A DNA stretch of 52,920 nucleotides, taken from positions 1 to 52,920 of the forward strand of contig JAHLWZ010000073.1 of assembly GCA_020536535.1 (NCBI GenBank), read 5' to 3'. Positions 1 to 9,157 of the stretch are shown here, one piece after another; within the stretch, counting starts at the first letter, position 1; each line of letters begins with the position of its first letter. The position numbers were made by a program, and so were the translations under genes. The notes beneath the pieces are model-generated. The model saw only the letters and a list, made by a program, of their open reading frames with translations, was not told the origin of the DNA and ran no database searches. Source of the DNA: Pelomyxa schiedti (Eukaryota > Protista > Evosea).

Positions 1-71
1 CCCCTGACTCCTCCATGATCGATATGTGCGATGCAGTCACTGGAATGGTGCTGGCCGAATGCTGGTTCTAA
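1..71 (+). CDS. 3' end of a paralog/allele of the 49192-50380 hypothetical gene (partial)
   Basis: Encodes PDSSMIDMCDAVTGMVLAECWF*, identical to the C-terminus of 49192-50380. TAA at 69-71. Confidence 0.85.
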   Translation, partial: PDSSMIDMCDAVTGMVLAECWF

Positions 72-368
72 CTTTCAATAAAAACTGGTTTTTTTCCATC
101 TAAACCACCGAGCAGCAGCCAACAAAAACCTCGCGAATCAGTCCGGACTGTGCTTGGAGTCCCACCCCACTTGGCAGAGGAACCATCTGGTTCCTTGTTG
201 TGGCCCCTTCCAAGAAGAAAACAATCAAACGACACCAGCACGGCAATTGTGGGTTGGGTGGTGGCGAGCAACAAGACTACTACAACAACAGCACGCAATA
301 GCGTAGCCTAGCCAGCGAACAGAACAGATAAATAAAAAAAAGAGGGGGAGCGACATAGGCGGGGGAAA

Positions 369-583
369 ATGGCGAGCAAAGAAGTGCTGGAGCAGGCGAG
401 GCTCAAGTGGGAGGCCATGAGGCAGCAGGCCGCGTCGTCCCCGGGCGGCTGGTCCGCCGTAATCCCACAATCTGTCCCCACGACGGCGTCCGCTGCCGCC
501 ACTAATACCGCTGAAGCCGCGTCGACGGCCTCGAGTGCAGCGGCGACGGTGAATTCTTCCCTTTCTTCTCCTTCTTCTTCTGG
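369..583 (+). CDS. Exon 1 of a second copy of the 50668-51615 hypothetical gene, truncated by the gap
   Basis: MASKEVLEQARLKWEAMRQQ...SSSG followed by donor GTATGT at 584. Near-identical to 50668 onward. Confidence 0.7.
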
Positions 584-597
584 GTATGTGGCGTTAA

Positions 598-697
598 NNN
601 NNNNNNNNNNNNNNNNNNNNNNNNNNNNNNNNNNNNNNNNNNNNNNNNNNNNNNNNNNNNNNNNNNNNNNNNNNNNNNNNNNNNNNNNNNNNNNNNN
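598..697. other. Assembly gap (100 N)
   Basis: Run of exactly 100 N, a typical unknown-size scaffold placeholder. Confidence 0.99.
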
Positions 698-787
698 GAT
701 ATGACAGACTACGCATTGAACTGTGCACATGGATTCTCCAACGAGACACGGTTGTGGCTTGATGTTCCAAGACTAAGAAGGTTTTAA
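698..787 (+). CDS. C-terminal fragment of a paralog of the adjacent ankyrin-like gene
   Basis: DMTDYALNCAHGFSNETRLWLDVPRLRRF* aligns with the end of 827-2899 (DMTDHYVSGRYNFRREALLWLDVPKKRR*). Shared DNA GTTGTGGCTTGATGTTCC. Confidence 0.8.
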   Translation, partial: DMTDYALNCAHGFSNETRLWLDVPRLRRF

Positions 788-826
788 ATCGCATAAAAAA
801 ACCCAAACAAAAACGCAACGGATCAC

Positions 827-2899
827 GTGGTGTTCGTCTCGCACGTTGTGTGGGCGCACGTGGTGCCCGTGTGGATGAGGCACTCCAAGGGCGACGGGGA
901 GTCCGCGTCGTTGCTCGTTGCTGTGGGGGAGGCCCTGTGGCCCCTCGTGCCCCTCGCATGCCGCGCCGTCGCCGCCCTGCCGATTACCGAGTCAGTGCAC
1001 AGCACGAGGCTGCGGTTGGCCTCGGCGGTCGGCGCCAAGTCGTGCGTCAGGTGGTTCCTGAGGAACAGGCCGCGGGCGGAGGAGGAACGGGGGGCCACCG
1101 ACGGCGACGACGGCGCCAGTTGCTGCAATTGCGGCGGCGGTGGCGGCGCGAGGGGGGACAAGGAAAAGGAGTTGCTGGCGGTGCTCGCGGGGCTGTGTGC
1201 TGGCGGGCACCTCGAGTTGGCAAAGGCACTTGTCGGGGAACACAGGTCGCAAGATGGTGATGGGAGATGGGAGTGGAAGCTCGAGGTGGTGGAGGGACGA
1301 GTGCGGGCTGGTGTGGCCCGACGACGACAGCGACATTGTGGAGCTCATCAGGAGCCGCACGGGTGAGAATTCGCTGCTGTACAGGGTGTTCCAGGGAGGC
1401 CACATCGAGACGGCCAAGTGGGTGGTGGAGAGGTTCCGGATCACCGAATTGTGGGAGGCCGTGGAGCCGCTGCTGGGCGCATTGTCGCACGGGAACCTGG
1501 GCGTTGCACAGTGGTTGTACGATGAGTTTCCGGGGTGCGGTGAGTTGATGCAACGCGTGGGTGTTGATGCCACTGGGGAAATGTTTCACAGTGTGGAGGT
1601 TCTTGAATGGGCCATGGAGAGGTTCCCTCGGTGTTACAAAAATCGGTGTCCCGAGTACTTGATTCATATGGTATTGCACGTCCTGCCGGTCAGAGCGATC
1701 GTGAAACATTGAGGCTTTGCAAGTGGTTGAAAGAGAAGTTCTCACCGAAAGAGGTTGACATAAGATCTTTGAATAACATCACAGTGTTGAAGTGGGCAGT
1801 GTCTGCCTTCAATATCGAGCTGACCACCGAGACTGTTCTCAGTTTCTCGTCAAGGTTCAATCCTGATTTCATTCAGTGGGCTGTGATTGAAAAGAACGTC
1901 TCTCTCACTGCCGAGTTTGTCACGGATACGTGTGAGACGGGGTCTTGCACTGTTTCACATGTGAAGTGGTTGATGGAGAGGACACCACCACTCACAAGGG
2001 AACAACTCCAAAAGTCGTTGCTTGGAAGAGATCAGTGCTGACAGCAAGTCTCTGGTGCCTTCTTTTTTAAAAGTGTGCCAGTGTGACACAAGAGGAACCA
2101 CAGGCACCAAGTGGTTTCTTCAGCACGTTTCGTCGTTGCAAATGATCCCTGAATCCTCGGTTGTGCAAGTAATCAAAGAATCCTTTAACCTTGAGCTTAT
2201 TTCACTGTTGCTGGAGACATTTCACCTCAACACCTCACTCCTGAAGTACAGATTGACAGTGGACAATTTAAGCCTCCCCCTTTTCAGAGCTGTGTGGGGA
2301 GGCATTCCAAAAATCAAGGAGTGCATTTCGTGGCTGGGAGAGGATGCTGTGACCAAAGATTGTGTCACTCAATTCCTCACAAATCGGAGTTACCTGTTTT
2401 TTCCAGCAAAGTTACGAAGTGGTTCATTGTTCATTATGCACTTGAGAGCGAGCAAGTCAAGGCAAACAACAACTGGGTTCTCTTCAAATTGATTGCAATG
2501 GGCAAGAATCACTGTGCAGAGTGGACCATGAAGAACTTTGCTGTCACATGCCCCGAGGTATTCACAGCTCCTTTTTTCAAAAAAAATCAACTCAAACCAA
2601 CACCCAAAAAAAAAAAGGTTGTAACAATGATGAACAAGTGGGGAGTAACTTGCCCGCATCTAAGTGCGGACCTGAGAACGTGGCAGCTTCTTCTCAGGAA
2701 CTTCCCGAGCCTGACACCTGACGTTGTAAGGGATCACTTTTTGACCCTGGCACTGAGCTCGCCAGTCACGGCAAAGTTTGTTCTGCGAACCTTCCCAACC
2801 ATCACAAAGGCTGATATGACAGACCACTACGTTTCGGGGCGTTACAATTTCCGGCGCGAGGCACTGTTGTGGCTTGATGTTCCCAAAAAACGAAGATAA
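827..2899 (+). pseudogene. Degenerate ankyrin-like repeat protein, lineage-expanded family; frameshifted and lacking an upstream ATG
   Basis: Motifs GLCAGGHLELAKAL, VFQGGHIETAKWVVERF and ALSHGNLGVAQWLYDEF. Coding sense switches frame about four times (~1270, ~1690, ~2030, ~2400). One clean in-frame intron at 2558-2617. No ATG between the in-frame TAA at 794 and Met at 872. Very short introns could explain some shifts. Confidence 0.5.
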
Positions 2900-3122
2900 A
2901 GAAGGGGTTTGTAACCAATACTTCCAATTTGGCTGATTCAGATGAAGTTGATGAATTGGTTTTTCTTTTTTTTCTCAAAAAAAGAAACGAAAGCAGATAG
3001 GACAATAACGGCGGAGCACCGCGTGTCGTAAGATCAGGCCGTAAAAGACGTCATCGAGATCTGGCAGTTGTGTGATATCAAGTACAGAAGACCACTACGA
3101 ATCAGACGACGAAAAGCGCGCG

Positions 3123-4979
3123 ATGGCTACGGCGGATTCCCACGTAAACACCACACACCACCTTCCACACAGCGGCGGGATTATGGGAGACTGGTTCGTA
3201 CCCTTCGGGCACTCGGCGCCGTGCCCCGAGCACAACGACGGCTCTGACGGCGACGAGTGGGAGTACCCCCCTGAGCAAGTCAACTCCAAATCAGCCAAAA
3301 AAAACGCCGCAGCCGCAGCAGCAGCTGCTGCCGAACCAGACGACAAATTGGAGGAAGGAGCGGCCGCTCATGAGGCCGAGGCAGACAGCGCAAGCGACGA
3401 CGAGAACGGCGAGACTGAGTTCTGCGAAGATGGAGGAGAATATGAGGAGTGCGAGGAAGGAGACGAGGAGGGAGCAGAAGAAAACGGAGGGGGAGAGGAA
3501 GATGGAGAGGAAGGGGAGTACGAGGAGGAAGAAGAAGAAGAAGAAGGAGAGGAGGGCTTGCTTTACAGTGACAGCTTGAGCGGGGAGGACGTTCCGTCTC
3601 CTTCGCCGTCTCCGACTTGCTTTGGGTTCATGACCCCAACGCCGTCTCCTTCGCCGTCTCCCACTCCGTCCCCTCGGTCTAGGTCTCCGCTATCTTTCCA
3701 GGCGTCACCCTCGCCTTCGCCGCGCACGAAATCACGGTCCCCGTCACCTTCCCCTACGAAATCTCCTTCACCACCACCTAACCGATCTTTATCGCCGCAG
3801 TCAAAGTCAGTTTCACTTCCAATAATTCAACCCACTGGTGGCTTGACAGGATCCGGGCCAAATTCCCCTAAGATACTACCAAAGCAACCTCAAGCCCAGC
3901 AAACTGCCCCCCCTGCCCTTGATCCAGCCACACCAACCAGGGAGCAGGTTGTACAGCATCTGTCACATAAAATTGTTGGCCGACCGGACAGGGAAAATCT
4001 TATTGACCTCAATATTCTCAAACGTATGAATAAGGGATGCTTGTACAAAAAACTTACATTACAGTAGCTTCTCATCTATCACCAGCTCTCCAGGCAACAG
4101 CCAGTGCCCTGGAACGTGGAAGAACAGCTATAAGGTTAGAAAAAAAAATTAGTGGAAGGCCAGGGAAAGAAGAGCTTGTAAACCACAATATACTCAAAGG
4201 TATCCCCAATGAATCCAACATCGATATTAAACTCCTCAAGATATAAATGTTGCTGGCCGGCTGCAGCCAGCAATGCACGAAGTGTTGAAAGCAAAGCGCA
4301 AGCAAAGCATGGAACACAAGATTGAAAAACGACCTTCTTTTACCGATATAACAGGCCGGTCTACGATCTTAACTGGTATGGTTTCTTTTTAACCAGGCCG
4401 CACTAACCAACGACTGTAGTGACAGGTGACCGGGAAAATGTTGTTAATGCACTCCTCCCAAAAATTGGGCAGCGACCTGAGCCAGATCAATTGCGGGCAC
4501 AACATATTTTACAAGGTCAAAACCAAATATTTAATCTATTCCTAAAACATCACCAGATGACGGTAAAATTGCCCCACGATTGCAGACAACGGCGACAACA
4601 ATTCAACACGAATTAAGAAAATCATCTCTAAGTCACGCCGTCAAGAATAGACAACCAAAGGACAATCTAATAGCACACAATATCATAAAAGGTAACAAAC
4701 AAAGCGAAGTGATTCGGAACTTAACCTATTTTTTTAGAAGGTTCACCTGAAACAAATTTCAGTGCACAGCTCCAGGTATTGCACCCTTTTTCTTGTATTC
4801 CACCCTCACAGTTCACTGCGCAGAAGCGCAAAGCCGATGTATCTAAGACTGTAAAAACAGGCACAAGACCGCAGCACACGCCAACACACAGCCACACACC
4901 AACAGCACATGTAAAACCAACACTCCCCCCTGTACCAACATCCCCACCACAAACCCCGGAATCACACAGCGTCCCATAA
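3123..4979 (+). CDS. RPEL-repeat (G-actin-binding) protein with acidic and Ser/Pro-rich N-terminus
   Basis: Spliced repeats IVGRPDRENLIDLNILK, ISGRPGKEELVNHNILK, IEKRPSFTDI..TIL, IGQRPEPDQLRAQHILQ and VKNRQPKDNLIAHNIIK, separated by GT-AG introns. 3' end uncertain. Confidence 0.75.
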
Positions 4980-5109
4980 TTAAAGGAAGCACAGCCAGCA
5001 CCCCTCCATCCACGTTACAGAGCCCTTAGGCGCATCTCTCATTGTTTATTATTTGTTTATTAAATTTCCCTTTTTTTTCCCAGAACCATCTTTTTGGAAA
5101 AAACAAACG

Positions 5110-7381
5110 ATGTTTACCAGAAGAAAGAGGGGCACGAGCGGGGCAGACGCCACGACCATGAAACGGTACGTGGCTCCCATAACAGGGGATGACCAGATGT
5201 GCCCTGGGGCTACTTTGGAGACTCACCCCCTCAAGGGCGCACCAAACACAAAAGATTGGTTCAGACTTCTCCACAAGGTTTTTTTTTTGTTTTTTTTCAA
5301 CTTATCAATTGCAAGGGAAGGGTGGGCAGTTAATTGTGGCAATAAATTCTAAGAGGCCAAACAGGCATCAAATGATACTTTGTCACCAAGAGACGTTAGT
5401 AAATGCAGTGAACAGCAATTGGATTTTTTCATGCCCCTACTGCTACAGTTGAGTCACTTGCCTGCAGCATTGTTTGCACGCCTAAATGGTTTTCTTTTAT
5501 TTGTCCTCCTCCATTGGGAAATGACACTGTTGCCTTTGTAGACAGCCGTTTTCTGCGAAGCAGCGCTTTCTATTGGATGCAAGGCGCCCCTCTTACAATT
5601 CATTCCACGTTTTCACACAATAATGCACTGCGACAAGCCTTAAATGAGGAATTTGGTGCAACTGTAAGCTATTTTCAGGCAATGAGTGTCACTGTTGCCA
5701 TGCAAAAGGAGGGTGCCACTGCAACCTTCCCACCTGATCCAGAAATGGTCTCTCCCTTTTTGGAACCAATCAGGTTGAACTCTCACTATAATCACTCCTT
5801 CTTGTTCAATGCACTTGCAATCAAAAAATTACAAACACTTATTGCAAGGAAGAGATCAAGCACCCTTTACTTCAGATGATGCTCTAGATGAGGTAGACAG
5901 TAACCAAGGTTACCAATCTCAAGAGAACACCTTTGCGTGACTTGACTTGAAAAGGTCATCTCACTGGCTTGACTATTGGAAAGACATGTAAATCCGGACA
6001 CAGTCCAATTTTTCTTGACCTCCAAGATGGTGTCAAGAAAAAAAAAGTAAGAATGAAGTAACTTTCTAGCTTACAGTTGGTGCTAGATACTGCTGAAACC
6101 TGATACCGTTCTGACAGATGCCCTTGTCTATAGATTCTTCGAGGTGTGGGGCATAAAAAAATAGGGTATAACTTATTTCCTTAGCTCTTCAACTACTTCT
6201 GGCGCATGTCATGGATTCCCGCAGAGGTTAAACCTGCCGCAATTTCATTTGCAGTTGCCACTGGCGGGCCATCATGGGGATTTGTGGAAGTGATCCCAAA
6301 TGCAATACCACTCAGAAACTTCGACTTCGACAAAATATTGACTTTTTCAGACAGTGAGATGAACACTTTTCTGAGAACATGTGCAGGTGGAATGATTGCA
6401 GGGTATCCAAACTCTCTAGACTTTCGGGAATTCATCCCTTCAAAGCTACCTCTTGGGTCTTGGTGACCGACATTCTGACAACACAATGATTGTTGATGGC
6501 AACAAACTTATGCATATCGATTTCAAACACTGTTTTGATCACAAAACCACCGGCGTGGATGCCCCTTGCATAGGTACCTCCCTTCCCACTTCTGTTGCAT
6601 TTGTTTCGTTTTTCTCAATTCCTTTCTCTCAAGCCATTCCAATGAAAATGAAGAAGGCCTTAGTGCAAAAGCAGAAGTGGAACGAGTTCAAAGATTTATG
6701 TGCAAACGCATTTGCAGTAATTCGGAGAAATAATGGCTGGATAGTGGCATTATGCCGTTCCATGTTTGCCGGTGTTGTGGATTCCAATGAAGTCGAACAA
6801 AGTTTGCTCTCCAAGTTCCAACTCGGAATACTTGAATCTCGAGCCATTGCAAACATACCTGGAAGTATGTCCAAAAAAAGTTTCTTTCTATTTACATCCT
6901 CAATTCCCCCACAGTCGTCGAAGCCGGGGTCTACAGCCTCAAACGCGTTCTGAAAGATGCCGTTCATGAGATATCACTGAAGCGCATGGAAGACGATTCC
7001 CGAGGAGCCGCATCATCCTCTTCCGCCAGCGTCTCGTCGGCAGCCGCGTCAACAACTCCAACTGTTCCAACCACACCCCCTCTCACTACTCCAACAGCTT
7101 CCACCACGCCTATCGAACCTTCACCTCACACAACGGACGAAACAGCGGACCAACAAATACCGCTATCCACAGCTCCCATACAAGAGCCAATCACATCAGT
7201 ATCAACAACAACACTGCTCTCTCCAGATACACCAAGTGATCAGCAATCCACTGGACTCGCAGAGACCCCAACAGCAACATCAGCCTCAGTGCACCACAGG
7301 TCAAGCAGTGCCATAACTGTTTCTACCAAGCCAAGTGACCACAAGCACACAACCTCAACAAGCACAGTTTCTCACCACTAG
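5110..7381 (+). CDS. PI3/PI4-kinase-family (PI3K-like) catalytic domain protein with Ser/Thr/Pro-rich C-tail
   Basis: ILLKPDTVLTD (catalytic-Lys region), WGFVEVIPN hinge, LGLGDRHSDN catalytic loop (6465-6482) and HIDFKH. Intron ending at CCCACAG joins to IVEAGVYSLKRVLKD...MEDDSRG, ending at TAG 7379-7381. 5' end unresolved. Confidence 0.75.
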
Positions 7382-7467
7382 GAATCAATCTGCAAATCTG
7401 AAAAATAAATAATAAAGGCATTAGCGGAAAGAAAAACTGAGTGAACGTTGTTAAGTACTAAACCCAA

Positions 7468-8710
7468 ATGGTGCGCCCGAGCAAAGTGGTTTTGTGCTGT
7501 TTGGCCATTGTGGGATTCTGTTGCTCCTGGGGTAATTGCGCTGTTCCACAACCAGTAAGTATAAGTGTGAGTTATTATTATTTTTGGGTGCTGCTTTCTT
7601 CTTTGGTTTTAGATTGGCTTGGGCCCAACTGATACAAAGCTTTGATGCATATTATAGTTGGACTACTCATCGTGGCAAAGAGTACTAATGATTGCTGCAC
7701 ACCCAGACGATGTAGGTTTGTACTATGTTGTTACTGAGTTGCTGCATAGCGAATAATATCGGAATTCCTGGAACTAGAGTGCACAGCAGGAGGACTAGTT
7801 TATCTCCTCACACAACAAGGAAAAGAGGTTTTCTACTTGATTGTCACCAACGGTGATAAGGTACCTCATCCACTTTCTTTAAGTGGAGAAAATGGCTTAA
7901 TTACTTTAGGGGTGCAGTGCTGCCAGCTGCAAAAATTGGACCCAAGCGCAGGTGAGTCAAATACTTTTTATGACTGTTAACATGAGCTAAAGATCGCTGA
8001 AGAACGCCAAAAGGAACAAATAGCCGCAGGAGCTGTGCTTGGGGTTCCCTCTGAGAATATCGTTTTTCTTGTAATTCCCCCTCAAGGTCCACATAGACTT
8101 TCTTATTAGCCTTTTAGACGTATGAAGACGCCATGTTGCCATCCTACCCGCACCTAGAAGTTGTACAAGATCTCGTTCTGTGGATCAGAACAATAAAGCC
8201 AGATGTCGTAATGAGCTGGTGGCCATATCCCTCTTTTACTCTTCTCCCCTCAGCTGGATGGGATGACATAGGGTATCCTTTGGTTGACTTTCATTACTAT
8301 TATTTTCCTTCTGCATGCTAATCTGGGACACTAATAGGTTTCATCCAGACCACCAAATTCTGGGATCCCGAGTACTTGATGCCAAATTTGATGCTGGAGT
8401 AGACCGGGCATTTACAGATTTGCCTTATCCCTCATGGGACACCAAGGAATTCTACATGTGGGACTATGTGGCACCAACTCACTGTATGCACTGAGAAAAT
8501 ACAGGCAATCCAATAACCAAAATTATAGACGTTGCCTTGGATGAACAGCTACTGCAGGCAAAAACAGATGCCTATCTTCAACATACCACACAGTATCCCA
8601 GTGCTTTTTGGGTGAAGGAATTCATGCTTTTCTCTGCCACACATACTGCAATCAATGCCAATATCTCTGAAACAGTGCCTCTAATTGAAGGCTACACTGC
8701 CTATTGGTAG
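7468..8710 (+). CDS. Secreted LmbE/PIG-L-family N-acetyl-sugar deacetylase
   Basis: Hydrophobic signal-like N-terminus, then spliced motifs VLMIAAHPDDVECTAGG, LIVTNGDKG, EQIAAGAVLGV..IVFLTYED and GFHPDH (metal-binding motifs of the family). Confidence 0.85.
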
Positions 8711-8846
8711 AAATAATAGAATAAAGTACAAAACAACCCTTGTTGTTTTTTGGTTCCAGAACAAGGGAAGCATCCAATCTTTTATTCTGAATATCGGTAA
8801 CCAAAACCACCAAGTCAAAACTTATGCCTGCAAAAAGAAATAATCA

Positions 8847-9157
8847 GGGTCTCAGAATGTGTCACGGCGGCCGACGGGGTCCCCAGAATGTGCTCCGCCG
8901 GGGCAGACGGCCGTGCGCCTGGCTGGGCAGTACGGTGGAACGGGGCCCTTTTGCGAACGCCAAGGACCCTCGTCCACAGGATGCAGGTGATACCTATGGT
9001 TTTTCGTTTTTGAGATGAGACCGAACATCTCGGCTGCTCGGCACTTTGCCGCGTGCTCCGCAGCGCTGCTGCGCAGGCCCCGGTGCCTCGTTCCCCCTTT
9101 TGCCAAAAAACAGCCAAATTCAAACCCACCCAAAAAAAAGGGGGTCTCAGAATGTGT
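8847..9157 (+). repeat. Three dispersed copies of GGGTC(T/C)CAGAATGTG
   Basis: GGGTCTCAGAATGTGT at 8847-8862 and 9142-9157 (identical 16-mers). Variant GGGGTCCCCAGAATGTGC at 8876-8893. Confidence 0.8.

Larger units (their letters stand above)
1..597 (+). repeat. Direct-repeat copy A of a ~0.6-kb segment also at 50310-50896
   Basis: Colinear from base 1 (CCCCTGACTCCTCCATGATCG) to GCGTTAA before the gap. Differs from copy B by a handful of substitutions and small indels (597 vs 587 bp). Confidence 0.95.
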
